64,000 nucleotides of DNA, taken from NCBI GenBank assembly GCA_965205265.1, contig CBDBGH010000003.1:4192001-4256000 (forward strand), in the 5' to 3' direction. Source of the DNA: Alphaproteobacteria bacterium (GTDB taxonomy: Bacteria > Pseudomonadota > Alphaproteobacteria > Bin95). Numbering within the stretch: the stretch's first letter is position 1; each line of letters starts with the position of its first letter. Shown piece after piece: positions 19,533 to 32,682 of the stretch. Below the pieces are notes generated by a model. The model ran no database searches. It was not told where the DNA came from and worked only from the letters and a program-made list of their open reading frames with translations. The position numbers and the translations under genes were made by a program.

Positions 19533-21742
19533 CAGCCTGACCTGACCAGGTTGAAATAGGCGCCGCCCTCGTCCGCGATCAGCTCGTCATGCGTGCCGCG
19601 CTGTATTTCGGCGCCTTTGTCGAGCACGATGATTTCATCGCAGTCGCGCACGGTGCTCAGCCTATGCGCCACGATCAGGCAGGTGACGCCGCGGCGCCGC
19701 AGGGCATCGTCCACATATTCCTCCGTCGCGGCATCGAGAGCGCTGGTCGCCTCGTCCAGAATGAGGACCGTCGGATTGCCCACCAGCGCGCGGGCGATTT
19801 CCAGCCGCTGCCGCTGGCCGCCGCTGAAATTCGCGCCGCCCTCCTCCACGAGGGTCGAATATCCCTGCGGCCGCAGCAGGATTTCATCGTGGATACAGGC
19901 GTCCCGCGTCGCGGCGAAGACGGCTTCGTCCGGAATGGCCGGGTGCCACAAGGTGATGTTGTCGCGCAGCGACGCGGAAAACAGGACGACTTCCTGGTCC
20001 ACCATCGAAATCGACTGTCGCAGCACTTCCTCGGGAATCTCATCCCGAAAATGGCCGTCGAACAGGATCTCGCTCGACCAGGGCTGATAGATGCCGGCAA
20101 CCAGGCGCGCCACGGTCGACTTGCCGGAACCGCTGGGACCGACCACGGCAACCCGCTGCCCCGGCTCGATCGCGAGGTTGAAGTCCTTTATCAGCGGCGG
20201 TCGGCTCTTGTTGAAGCCGAAGGTGACGCCTTTAAGTTCGAGCCGGCCGGTCAGCTGGAGCCGGCCGTTGAATGTGGCGATTGAGTCCGACTGCGGATTT
20301 CGGCGGCTGAAAACCGGGTCTTCGGCGGCTTTCGAAATGTCCTCGAGCCGCTGCAGGTCGGTTTCGAGCGCCTGGCGCTTGTCGGTGAATTCCAGAAAGC
20401 GGCCGACAGGCGCCAGGAACATCTCCGCCAGGATATAGAAGCCGGCCAGCGTCGCCAGGGTCATGTCTCCGGACAGGACCAGGCTTCCCCCGACTCCCAG
20501 GATCGCCGCACTGCGAAGCGCGGCGACCAGGACCGGAAGCGCGGTGTTGACGGAGCCCAACTCGGAATAGAGCTGGCGCGCGCGCAATTCCCGCGCCTGC
20601 TGGCCGCTCCAGCGCGAAAAGAAGCGGTCGTCCGCGCCCGTCATGCGCAGGTTGTCCGCATGGCTCAACATCTGCATGCCGAGCCCGATCAGCAATCCCT
20701 GCTCGCGCCTCATCGCCTGGCTTCGAACCGCCCGGGCGGCATTGAAAAAACGGGCCAGCAGCCCGTGCAGAACGGCCAGCAGCAACACAATCAGCGCGAG
20801 CCGGAAGTCATAGGCCAGCATGGCGACGAGCAGCACCGCGCTCATTGCCATTTCGATAATGAGCACGAGAAACCGGTCTGTCAGATTCTTCGCGATTCTG
20901 TCGATGGACGAGACGCGATCGGTCAAATCGCCCACCAGCCGGTGTTCGAAGAACTCAACCGGCAGCCGCAGCAGCCGCGACACGCCCCGATTGTAGCCGA
21001 CCACCGCAATCCGGACCGCGAGCCGCTTCAGGAACCGGTGCTTGAGCAGGGACAGGACATATACCAGCACGCCGCCACCGAGCAGGGCCGCCACCAGCCC
21101 GCCCCAGGGCCCGTGGTTCTTCAGAACATCGTCCACAAAGAAGCTGAGAGACGCGGGCACGACAAGCGCCAGCAATGTCAACATGAACCCGCAGGCAACT
21201 ACCCAGGCAAGCACGCCCCCGGATCCGGCGAGCATGGCGCGCAATTGCCGGAAAAGGCTGGGCCGCTCGCCTCCCGGGCTGAAATCGGCGCCGCGCTCGA
21301 AGCGCAGCGCAATGCCGCTGTAGCCCTTGTTGAACTCCTCGGCGGAAAGCCGGCGTCGTCCCATGGCCGGGTCATTGAGGTAGAAATTGGCGCTGTCGGA
21401 CCCTTCGAGGACAACGAAATGGCTGAATTGCCAAAACAGAATCAACGGCAATTGCAGCTTTTGCAGTTGCGCGGCGCGCAGGCTGAGCCCGCTGCATTCG
21501 AGACCGTAATGCCGGGCGGCGCGCAGGATGCTGGCAGCGCTGCTGCCGTCCCGGCTCACCTCGCATTTTTCCCGTAATTCCGTCAGCGGCACCCAGCGCC
21601 CGAAATAGGCCAATATGCTGCCGAGGCAGGCGGCACCGCATTCCGATGCGTGCATCTGCAACAGAATGGGCGTGGTTATCCTTTGTTGAAGGACATCCGG
21701 TGCGGCCTTGTCGCCAGCCCCTTTTGAGGCGCGCGACAGCAT
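19532..21742 (-). CDS. NHLP export peptidase-containing ABC transporter (C39/permease/ATPase)
   Basis: LQMHASECGAACL, HFVV and NDPA (C39 catalytic residues intact); GPSGSGKST, FSGGQRQRLEIARAL, LDEATSALD. Confidence 0.93.
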   Translation of the reverse strand: MLSRASKGAGDKAAPDVLQQRITTPILLQMHASECGAACLGSILAYFGRWVPLTELREKCEVSRDGSSAASILRAARHYGLECSGLSLRAAQLQKLQLPLILFWQFSHFVVLEGSDSANFYLNDPAMGRRRLSAEEFNKGYSGIALRFERGADFSPGGERPSLFRQLRAMLAGSGGVLAWVVACGFMLTLLALVVPASLSFFVDDVLKNHGPWGGLVAALLGGGVLVYVLSLLKHRFLKRLAVRIAVVGYNRGVSRLLRLPVEFFEHRLVGDLTDRVSSIDRIAKNLTDRFLVLIIEMAMSAVLLVAMLAYDFRLALIVLLLAVLHGLLARFFNAARAVRSQAMRREQGLLIGLGMQMLSHADNLRMTGADDRFFSRWSGQQARELRARQLYSELGSVNTALPVLVAALRSAAILGVGGSLVLSGDMTLATLAGFYILAEMFLAPVGRFLEFTDKRQALETDLQRLEDISKAAEDPVFSRRNPQSDSIATFNGRLQLTGRLELKGVTFGFNKSRPPLIKDFNLAIEPGQRVAVVGPSGSGKSTVARLVAGIYQPWSSEILFDGHFRDEIPEEVLRQSISMVDQEVVLFSASLRDNITLWHPAIPDEAVFAATRDACIHDEILLRPQGYSTLVEEGGANFSGGQRQRLEIARALVGNPTVLILDEATSALDAATEEYVDDALRRRGVTCLIVAHRLSTVRDCDEIIVLDKGAEIQRGTHDELIADEGGAYFNLVRSG

Positions 21743-21743
21743 C

Positions 21744-22295
21744 CTATGACTGCCCCGCTCTCATAAGAGAGACCAGGGATTGGCTGCCGAGTTCAATAAC
21801 GATCCGGCAGTTCCTGCCTGCAAGCGAAGCAGGATCGAGGCTTTCGTCGAGCGCGATATCCACGCGGTACACAGACACCGGCGCCCTGGCTGCCAACGCC
21901 GCCAGTCCTTCCGACAAGGGCACAGCGGCAATTGTTGCGATCCGGCCCTCTACTATGCCCGATTCTCCATCCGCCAGGGCCAACTCCAACGCCGCCGGCA
22001 TCCCGGCCTCGATACGCGGCGCAGCATCGCTTCCGACCCAGACGAGAGCCTGCACCGTCCGGCGGCTCCCGGGCAAGGTTTCGCCGGCCTCGACCAGCAG
22101 ACCGTCCAACGCAAGGCTACGGGCTACATTGCCGAACAGCAGCCACGCCGCGAGGAGAAACAACAGCAAGGCAATAAGGGCGACAAGCAGGCGCTCGCGC
22201 GGCGTGGAAATCGTGAGCAGCCGGTCGAGTTGTTCACGCTCTTCCTTCGCTTCGGCAACCGTGTCGTGAAATGAGCTAAATGGATTATTGAACAC
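21744..22295 (-). CDS. Short NHLP secretion (HlyD-like) accessory protein
   Basis: EQLDRLLTISTPRERL plus a transmembrane helix typical of NHLP secretion proteins; GAGGAGG RBS before GTG; only about 183 aa. Confidence 0.7.
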   Translation of the reverse strand: MFNNPFSSFHDTVAEAKEEREQLDRLLTISTPRERLLVALIALLLFLLAAWLLFGNVARSLALDGLLVEAGETLPGSRRTVQALVWVGSDAAPRIEAGMPAALELALADGESGIVEGRIATIAAVPLSEGLAALAARAPVSVYRVDIALDESLDPASLAGRNCRIVIELGSQSLVSLMRAGQS

Positions 22296-22560
22296 AACCG
22301 CGCGTAGCCTCCTCGACATAGATCGGGCAGGGCAAGGAAAAAACTTCTCCAGTTTTAGCGAAGAATGGGAAATCATATGCAATCGGGACCGCGAAAGGTC
22401 AAGTCCAGGGGGCCGCAACAGACTCTGTTCCGCGCGCGCCGGCCAGAACCCCGGGCGCCCGTCCCGGAGGCACGCGCCATAGTCGAAATCCAGGGAAAGT
22501 CCGGAACTTCACCTTCTCCGGGGAACGGAGGTAGAGTGCGGGACACCGAATACGGGACCC

Positions 22561-23433
22561 GTGCCGATGCTCGCTGACGGCGAAACCGCAGAAAAACGGT
22601 TTGTTGGCCAAGGCCGGAGGAAAAGGTTTCCGGGCGCCCGGCATGTCTTGTTCGCAGTCCTGACTGCGGGGCTGGCATATGCCTGTCTGCCGGTTGCGCA
22701 TGCCCAGGGAGAAACGCCGGAGGAGAAGGGCCTCAGGATTGCGCGTGAGGCAAGCGCCCGCAATGACGGCTTCGGCGACTTTACCGCCGGGATGACGATG
22801 GTGCTCCGCGACCGGCACGGCCGGGAAAGCACCCGCCAGATGCGCTTCAAGGTGCTGGAAGTGCCGGGGGACGGCGACAGGAGCCTGTTCGTGTTCGACC
22901 AGCCGCGGGACGTGCAGGGAACCGCGCTCCTGACGCACGCCCATATCAACACAAGGGACGACCAGTGGCTTTACCTACCGGCGCTCAAGCGGGTGAAGCG
23001 CATCAACGCTTCGCGGCGTTCGGGGTCGTTCATGGGAAGCGAGTTCTCATACGAGGACATGAGCTCCTCCGAGGTGGAGGAATACACCCACAAATATCTT
23101 CGCGACGAGCCTTGCGGCGACCTCGTCTGCACGGTGACCGAGCAGGTGCCGCTGGACAAGGACTCCGGATACAGCCGCAAGATCGTCTGGCAGGACGCGG
23201 ACGAGCTTCGGACCTGGAAGATGGAACTGTACGACCGGAAGAACTCGCACCTGAAGACGCTCACCCTCGCTGACTACCGTCAGTATCTGGACCGTTACTG
23301 GCGGGCGGGAGAACAGACGATGGTGAATCATCTGACCGGCGCGAGCACGGTGCTGAAATGGAGCGAATTCCGGTTCGGCAACAATCTCAGCGAGAGCGAA
23401 TTCACCCGGCCGGCGCTTCGGCGCGTGCGCTGA
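22561..23433 (+). CDS. Outer membrane lipoprotein-sorting protein (LolA-like)
   Basis: FDQPRDVQGTALL, DDQWLYLPALKRVKRI, GSFMGSEFSYED, YSRKIVW. Confidence 0.88.
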   Translation: MPMLADGETAEKRFVGQGRRKRFPGARHVLFAVLTAGLAYACLPVAHAQGETPEEKGLRIAREASARNDGFGDFTAGMTMVLRDRHGRESTRQMRFKVLEVPGDGDRSLFVFDQPRDVQGTALLTHAHINTRDDQWLYLPALKRVKRINASRRSGSFMGSEFSYEDMSSSEVEEYTHKYLRDEPCGDLVCTVTEQVPLDKDSGYSRKIVWQDADELRTWKMELYDRKNSHLKTLTLADYRQYLDRYWRAGEQTMVNHLTGASTVLKWSEFRFGNNLSESEFTRPALRRVR

Positions 23434-24647
23434 TGCGGCCCGGCGGCGCAATTGCTGCCATTCTGCTTCTGGCCGCTGCCGGCGCCGAGGCCCAGACCCT
23501 CGATCTCTCGGGCGAGGTAAGCCTGCAGGCGCGATGGTATCCGGAATCGCCGGCCTTCGCGGATCAGCGTTCGGGCACCGGCGGGCTGGTCGTCGAACCG
23601 ACGCTCTACGCGGAGGCGGGACCCGGCACCAGCTTCACCCTTACCCCGTTCTACCGGTTCGACAGCGCCGATCCGGAGCGCACGCACGGCGATCTGCGCG
23701 AAGCCTACCTGTTGACCTTCGGGGAGTGGGGCGAGGAGTCATGGAAGCTCCGGCTGGGGCTGGATCGCGTCTTCTGGGGCGTGGCGGAGGTGCATAACCT
23801 TGTGGACATCGTCAACCAGGTGGACCTCGTCGAGCACCCGCGCGACCGGCCCAAGCTGGGCCAGCCCATGGCGCACCTCACGGTTTCCGGCGACTGGGGT
23901 ATCGCCGAGTCGTTTCTGCTCCCCTATCATCGCAAGCGGGCGTTTCCGGGGCGGCGCGGGCGGCATCGGGCGGGCTCCCTCATCGACGACGACGCCAGGT
24001 ATGAGAGCGGCGCCGAAGAGCACCATCCGGATTTCGCCTTCCGCTACAGCAATGCCGTGGACCTGCTCGATTTCGGCCTGACCGCGTTCGTTGGAACGAG
24101 CCGCGAGCCTTCGTTCCCCGCCAGCCTTCAGACGGACGGCAAGCCGCTGGTCCCGTATTACGAACAGATCCGGCAATACGGCATCGACGCGCAACTCACC
24201 ACCGATCCCTGGCTTTACAAGCTGGAAGCCATTCACCGCAGCGGCGCGCGCAATTTCCTGGGCCGGGAGGAGGACTACAGCGCCTTCATTCTCGGCATGG
24301 AGCGCTCTTTCGATGCGTTGTTCGGGTCCCGGGCGGACCTGACCTTCCTCGCCGAGTGGCTCTATGACGACCGCGGACGCCGTGCTGCGAGCGCCTGGGC
24401 GAACGACGTGTTCGTCATGGGCGTGCTTGCCTTCAACGATGTGCAGGGCACCGAACTCGCGGCGGGCCTGCTGGGCGACCTCCGCCACGATACCCGCGTG
24501 CTGAACCTGGAGCTGAAACGCCGCCTGTCGAACAGCTGGTCGATGCGCCTGGAAGGGATTGCGAACCTCGGCGCCGACCCGGAGGACCTGACCTATGGCG
24601 GCCGCCGCGACAGTTTCCTCGGCGTGGAATTCTCGTTCAGCTTCTGA
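23433..24647 (+). CDS. Putative outer-membrane beta-barrel protein (partner of the LolA-like gene)
   Basis: Signal peptide; DLREAY, RVFWGVAE, DIVNQ.D; C-terminal Phe; TGATG coupling with the upstream gene. Confidence 0.75.
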   Translation: MRPGGAIAAILLLAAAGAEAQTLDLSGEVSLQARWYPESPAFADQRSGTGGLVVEPTLYAEAGPGTSFTLTPFYRFDSADPERTHGDLREAYLLTFGEWGEESWKLRLGLDRVFWGVAEVHNLVDIVNQVDLVEHPRDRPKLGQPMAHLTVSGDWGIAESFLLPYHRKRAFPGRRGRHRAGSLIDDDARYESGAEEHHPDFAFRYSNAVDLLDFGLTAFVGTSREPSFPASLQTDGKPLVPYYEQIRQYGIDAQLTTDPWLYKLEAIHRSGARNFLGREEDYSAFILGMERSFDALFGSRADLTFLAEWLYDDRGRRAASAWANDVFVMGVLAFNDVQGTELAAGLLGDLRHDTRVLNLELKRRLSNSWSMRLEGIANLGADPEDLTYGGRRDSFLGVEFSFSF

Positions 24648-24735
24648 TGCCGCCCCCAAGGATGCCGCAATCCGGGCGCAACCGCGCGATGACACCCGGA
24701 TTGTGGTATCCTGCCGGTGGATGCGATTACCGGCC
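24585..24735. repeat. 151-bp target-site duplication of IS copy 3, left copy
   Basis: gacctgacctatggc...gattaccggcc recurs at 29453-29603. Confidence 0.95.
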
Positions 24736-25485
24736 CCTGACTTCGACGGTTGATTCGCATAAGTAGTTGATATTGCCTGGTTCTCATTTCGGCTAGGCAC
24801 TACATCCGGCATTTCTTCGAGCCGTGCTTCGTCGACGGTCAGGCGAGTTGATACGGGGTGATCGTCAGGGGCAGCCCCATGGTTGCGTAAATCTGCTCCG
24901 CCGCCGGTGTCGGCTTCGAGGGGATGACGTAGCGGTTGCCCGATTGCCGACAGCGCAGCAGGGAGCACTGGCGGTGGACGAGGGCGGAGCGGATGACCTC
25001 CGGGGACATCCGCCGCTTCTGGATGGCGACGCGGTACGCAAGGTGTCGAACGCAGGCGAAGGCCAGGAAGGCGATGGCGATGTGAGCGCGGATCCGGTCC
25101 GGGTTCCAGTGCCAGATGGGACGTATCTTCAGGTCGTGTTTGGTGATCCGGAAGCTCTCCTCGACCTGCCAGAGCCCCTGGTAGTGAGCCATCACTTCGG
25201 TGACGCGCGCGTCGCGCAGATTGGTGATGACGCCGGTGAGCCCGTCCCATCGTGCGGCCTCGGCGATCTTCTCCGGGTTCACCGTGAGCCGTGCGTCGCC
25301 CTCGACGGCGATGAAGCGTGCGGCGCGTCAATCAAGCTGAGACGTTTGCGTCAATCAGGATGAGACGGGGGAAGGCGGCGGCCTGGAACGCAGGGAGGGC
25401 GTAGCCCGACCGGAGTTCCGGGCCGCCGGCTCGAAAAATTTCCCCCGGGCCTTCTGGCGGCCAGGGCCGGCCGGGCGAACGGTGA

Positions 25486-27854
<2,369 letters not shown>

Positions 27855-29452
27855 GCCGCCGCCTGCTCAGGTAGAGCGGCCACGACAATCAGGGCCCGCG
27901 GGGATCGTCTCCGCGCGCCGTCTCTTCTCCGACCCGACGGCCTGCCGCGACAATCAAAACCATTCCCGAAAACACTGTTTGTCGCGCCGCGACAATCAAA
28001 ACCGGAAACCGCTTGCAATCCACCCCCCGCGCGGCAATCATCAACTCGCCGCTGCCGCCGGGAATCTCATCCTGATTGACGCGCAGCTCTCACCCAGATT
28101 GTCGCGCCATAATGAAGCGCTTCGCCCCGTGATTGGAGAGCAGTTCCCTGGGATTGTCGCTGCGGGCCAGCCTGTCGAGCAGGCGTTCCACCTGATGGCG
28201 GCGCTCGTGCGCGTCCTTGCGTGCGCGCTGGGGGCAGAAGACGACGATCAGGCGACGGCCCTTGTACTCCCACTCGCCGACCCGGCGGTCCTGTGAGCCC
28301 TCCAGCGGGGCATAGGTCCCGGGGTCGAGAACCTGCCCCAGCAGCGCGAGCGGCAGCTTGCGCAGCCGCGCGCCGACGACATACTCGCCGCCGATGGCGT
28401 CCATGGCGTCGAGGTTGTCGGCGCTCAGCATGCCCCGGTCGGCCACGCATACCGTGCGCTCCACCTGGTGGCGGCGCTGCATGTCCTGCAGGACCGGGAC
28501 CATGCTGTGTCCCTCGTAGGTGGCGCCGGGGAAGACCTCGTAGCTGATCGGCAGCCCTTCGCGCGTCACCATCAGCGCCAGCAGAACCTGCGAGTCCTTG
28601 TGTTTGCCGTCCTTGCTGAAGCCGTGCTGGCGAAGCTCGTCCTCGGCGGCCGTCTCGAAGTAGAGCGTGGTGCAATCGAAGAAGAGGATCGCGACCGGCT
28701 CCGGCAGCAGCGACCGGCTCGCCTCGCCGACGCGCGTGCGCAGTCGCTCGATCACCGTCGCGTCGAGCTGATCCATCATCCGGTAGACCTTCTCGAGCGG
28801 AAGACTCACGCCGAAGTCCTCCTCGAGCCGGCGCACGCTGCCCCGCTTGCTGTCGGGGTTGGCTACCCGCGCCATCACCACATGGAACAGCGCGTCATGG
28901 GAGGCCCGGTAGCGCGAGCGCGGCAGCAGCGCGTCGAGGCCCAGCAGCCGGTAGATCTCGCCATAGACCTCGTGGATGCCTGTGATCAGGCGCTGCTCCT
29001 CTTCAAGCTGCTTGAGGTCGACCGGGAGTTCCTCCTTGCCGTCCCCCCGGCGGCCGACACGGATCGCCTGCTCAGCGATCTTCTCGGGCGCAAACAATGC
29101 CGGCTGACGCTCGTCCTCCAGCTTCGCCTTGACGTACTCGCCGAGCTGCCTCAGGCGCTCGAGCTCGTCCTCGTCCATGGCCACGCCGACATGGCGGACG
29201 ATGCGCTGTCGGACCTTGCCGCCGTCGCGCACGGCCTCGACGATCTGGACCGAGCGTCGCGGGCTGTTGGGGGAGGTCTTGATGCGCACGAACATGGGGG
29301 GAGTGTAGCGCGTGGCGGAGGCATTGACAGTCTCAAAGATTTACTAGGCACTACAACGCAGCTTGACCGCACCGCAACTGCCAACTCATTGGCTTTACTG
29401 AAAACTCCAGACGCGAGATCGGTCAGAAGTCAGCCCAACCGTCGAAGTCAGG

Positions 29453-29603
29453 GACCTGACCTATGGCGGCCGCCGCGACAGTTTCCTCGGCGTGGAATTC
29501 TCGTTCAGCTTCTGATGCCGCCCCCAAGGATGCCGCAATCCGGGCGCAACCGCGCGATGACACCCGGATTGTGGTATCCTGCCGGTGGATGCGATTACCG
29601 GCC
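29453..29603. repeat. 151-bp target-site duplication of IS copy 3, right copy
   Basis: Reads identical to 24585-24735. Confidence 0.95.
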
Positions 29604-29626
29604 GTTAGCTGTGGAAGCCATGCCGG

Positions 29627-30901
29627 ATGATACAGCCGGGCAGCAGATCCTTGCGGAAGATCGCGGTCGTCGGGCGGGGAACCGCAGGATCCCTGGCGGC
29701 CGCCAGCGTCACGCGCCTGCACCCCGACAGCGACCACGAACTGCACCACATATACGACTCGCGCATTCCGGTCATCGGCGTGGGAGAAGGCAGCTGGCCG
29801 AGCCTGGTCCGGCAATTGCAGGAGCTGACGGACCTGCCGCACGAAACCGTCCAGCAGCGCCTGAAAGGAACGCGCAAATACGGCGTCGCATTCGAGGGAT
29901 GGGGCCGGCGAAACCGGGATTTCACCCACTATTTCACGCCGCAGCAGGTGTCCTACGCCTACCACCTGTCCGCCGACCTGATGGGGGAACTGCTGCAGGA
30001 AAGCACGCGCGCGCGCCACATCGACGCGAAAGTGCTCGACATCGAGAGGGTGGAAGACGGCGCGCAGGTGGTGTTCGAGGACCGGGCCCCGGAGCGCTAC
30101 GACCTCGTCTTCGACGCTCGCGGGTTTCCGCGCGAACTCCATCCCGACCGGCATATCGACATTTCCTTCATCCCCACCGATACGGCCGTCATACGCCGTT
30201 GTCCGCCGGTCATGGAAGACGAGCGGAACGGGCCGGTTCTGCAACACACATACACCCGCGCGGTCGCGCGTCCGCATGGCTGGGTCTTCGTCATCCCGCT
30301 GACCGCGCACACCTCCTACGGATACATCTTCAACCGCGATCTATCGGGCCTTGCCGAAGTCGAGGCGGATTTCGACGCCTTTCTCGAAACCGACGGCGTG
30401 TCGGAATTCGAGCAACGCGCCGTCATTCCGTTTCCCAATTTCGTCCACCGCCGGATCTATGACGGCGCCGTGGCCCGCATCGGCAATGCGGCCGCCTTCA
30501 TGGAGCCGCTCGAAGCAACGGCGATCGTGTCCGCCCAGCTGCAGATCGGGATGGTTCTCCACACGCGCCTGAACCGCTCCGCCGAGCATCTCGACCGCGA
30601 CGCCCCGGCGGTCAACCGCTTCCTCGTCGACAACATGCTCCGCTACGGCCTGTTCGTGGGCTGGCACTATTCCTGCGGCTCCCGATACGACACCGCCTTC
30701 TGGCGCCACGCCCGCGACCGCGCCTGGCCGCAACACCGCAGGGCGGCGGACCCCGAACTGGTCGATTGCGCCGCGCTCAGCAAATTCGACGAGATGATCG
30801 AATTGTTGAACCGCCCGGTCATCGACAAGGCGGACTGGAGCCGGATGTGCGCGGTCCCCCTCACCAGCTACGCCCAGATGTCCCAGGGCCTCGGCTGTTA
30901 G
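29627..30901 (+). CDS. Flavin-dependent tryptophan halogenase (SrpI-like peptidyl-Trp halogenase candidate)
   Basis: VVGRGTAG (FAD), IGVGEGS, TRKYGVAFEGW (catalytic Lys region), GWVFVIPL (WxWxIP variant), AFMEPLEATAI. Confidence 0.88.
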   Translation: MIQPGSRSLRKIAVVGRGTAGSLAAASVTRLHPDSDHELHHIYDSRIPVIGVGEGSWPSLVRQLQELTDLPHETVQQRLKGTRKYGVAFEGWGRRNRDFTHYFTPQQVSYAYHLSADLMGELLQESTRARHIDAKVLDIERVEDGAQVVFEDRAPERYDLVFDARGFPRELHPDRHIDISFIPTDTAVIRRCPPVMEDERNGPVLQHTYTRAVARPHGWVFVIPLTAHTSYGYIFNRDLSGLAEVEADFDAFLETDGVSEFEQRAVIPFPNFVHRRIYDGAVARIGNAAAFMEPLEATAIVSAQLQIGMVLHTRLNRSAEHLDRDAPAVNRFLVDNMLRYGLFVGWHYSCGSRYDTAFWRHARDRAWPQHRRAADPELVDCAALSKFDEMIELLNRPVIDKADWSRMCAVPLTSYAQMSQGLGC

Positions 30902-30915
30902 GGCGCGGGTCGCAT

Positions 30916-32682
30916 TCAGCGGCGGCCGAAGAGGCGTTCGATATCGGCGAGCTTGAGTTCCACATAGGTCGGGCGGCCGTGATTGCACTGGCCGGAGCGC
31001 GGCGTCGCCTCCATTTCGCGCAGGAGCGCATCCATCTCCTTCGCGCCGAGCCGCCGGCCGGCGCGCACCGAGCCGTGGCAGGCCATGGTCGCCGCCACGT
31101 CCTCCAGCCGCTCCTTGAGCGCCAGCGCCAGGCCGTGCTCGGCAAGATCGTCGGCCAGGTCGCGCACCAGCCCCTTCGCATCCGCCTCGCCCAGCGCCGC
31201 CGGCGTCTCGCGCACAAGCACCGCCTCCGGGCCGAAGCGCTCCAGCACGAGGCCGAGCTCGGCGAGTTCACCGGCCTTGGCCGCGAGCCGTTCGGCGCCG
31301 GCCTCGTCCAGCTCCACCACCTCCGGCAGCAGCAGCGCCTGGCGCGGCGGCCGGCCCTCGGCGAGCGCCCGGCGCATGCGCTCCAGCACGAGCCGCTCAT
31401 GCGCCGCATGCTGGTCCACCAGCACGATGCCGTCGCCCGTTTGCGCCACGATATAGGTGTCGTGGAGCTGCGCGCGCGCCGCCCCCAGCGGCAGTCCGGC
31501 GGCCTCGGGCGCTTCCGGGGCGGGCGGCGGCGCCGACGGCGCGAGCGCGGGATCGAGCGGCGCCTGCCACTCGCTCGCCCGCTCTGCGAGCGCCAGCGGC
31601 GGCGCGGCGGCGGCGCCAACGCCGCCCATACGAAACCCGGTCCCGCCCGGCCGGAAGCGCCCGACCAAAGGCGCGGCGGCAGCGGGCGCGGCGGCGCGGT
31701 GGCCCTCTTCCGCCAGCGCGCGGCGAAGCGCGGAGACGATGAGGGAGCGCACCCGGCCCGCATCGCGGAAACGGATCTCGGTCTTGGCGGGGTGCACATT
31801 CACATCCACCCGGTCGGGCGGAACATCCAGAAAGAGCGCCAGCACCGGGAAGCGCCCGCGCGGCACCAGCTCCTCATAGCCCGCGCGCACCGCGCCCTGG
31901 AGCAGGCGGTCGCGCACCGGGCGGCCGTTGACGAAGAGGTATTGCGCCTGCGCCGTGCCGCGATGCCAGGTCGGCAGGCCGGCATGGCCGGTGAGGCGGA
32001 GCCCGTCCGCTTCCAGCGCGACCGGCACGGAGTTGTCCGCAAACTCCGCCCCCAGCACATCCGCGAGCCGCGCGAGCGGGTCGGAGGCCGCAGCCGAGGC
32101 CCAGGCGCGGCGCCCGTCATGCTCCAGCGAAAAGGCCAGGGCCGGGCGTGCCATGGCGAGGCGCTTCAGCATGTCGGCGGCGGTGAGATATTCCGCGCGC
32201 GCCGATTTCAGGAACTTCAGCCGCGCGGGCACGGCGCGGAAGAGCCCGGCCGCCTCGACCCGCGTGCCGCGCGCGCGGGCCGCGGGCTCGAGCGCGCCGA
32301 TGTTGCCGTTGTCGACCGCGATGCGCCAGGCCTCGGACGCGCCGTCGGCCCGGCTGGTTATCGTGAGGCGCGAGACCGCGCCGATGGAAGGCAGCGCCTC
32401 GCCGCGAAAGCCGAGCGTGCGGATATCCACAAGGTCGTCATCGGCGAGCTTGGAGGTGGCGTGGCGTTCGAGCGCGAGCGCCAGCTCGTCCCGCGCGATG
32501 CCGGCGCCGTCGTCATCCACGGAAATCGAGGCCGCGCCCCCCTGGCGGAGCGCGCAGTCGATCCGCCGGGCGCCGGCGTCGATGGCGTTCTCGACCAGCT
32601 CCTTGAGCGCGGAGGCCGGGCGTTCCACCACCTCTCCCGCCGCGATGCGGTTCACCACCGCTTCCGGCAGGCGGCGCAGCAT
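30916..32682 (-). CDS. mutL: DNA mismatch repair protein MutL
   Basis: [53 protein letters not shown]. Confidence 0.97.
   Translation of the reverse strand: MLRRLPEAVVNRIAAGEVVERPASALKELVENAIDAGARRIDCALRQGGAASISVDDDGAGIARDELALALERHATSKLADDDLVDIRTLGFRGEALPSIGAVSRLTITSRADGASEAWRIAVDNGNIGALEPAARARGTRVEAAGLFRAVPARLKFLKSARAEYLTAADMLKRLAMARPALAFSLEHDGRRAWASAAASDPLARLADVLGAEFADNSVPVALEADGLRLTGHAGLPTWHRGTAQAQYLFVNGRPVRDRLLQGAVRAGYEELVPRGRFPVLALFLDVPPDRVDVNVHPAKTEIRFRDAGRVRSLIVSALRRALAEEGHRAAAPAAAAPLVGRFRPGGTGFRMGGVGAAAAPPLALAERASEWQAPLDPALAPSAPPPAPEAPEAAGLPLGAARAQLHDTYIVAQTGDGIVLVDQHAAHERLVLERMRRALAEGRPPRQALLLPEVVELDEAGAERLAAKAGELAELGLVLERFGPEAVLVRETPAALGEADAKGLVRDLADDLAEHGLALALKERLEDVAATMACHGSVRAGRRLGAKEMDALLREMEATPRSGQCNHGRPTYVELKLADIERLFGRR

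Noticed and set aside
27880-28110. Repeated (GC)GACAATCA motifs resembling a CRISPR or iteron array
   Set aside because: Spacing is irregular, the repeats lie inside the IS21 right end and match its inverted repeat, and there are no cas genes; they are likely transposase-binding repeats.
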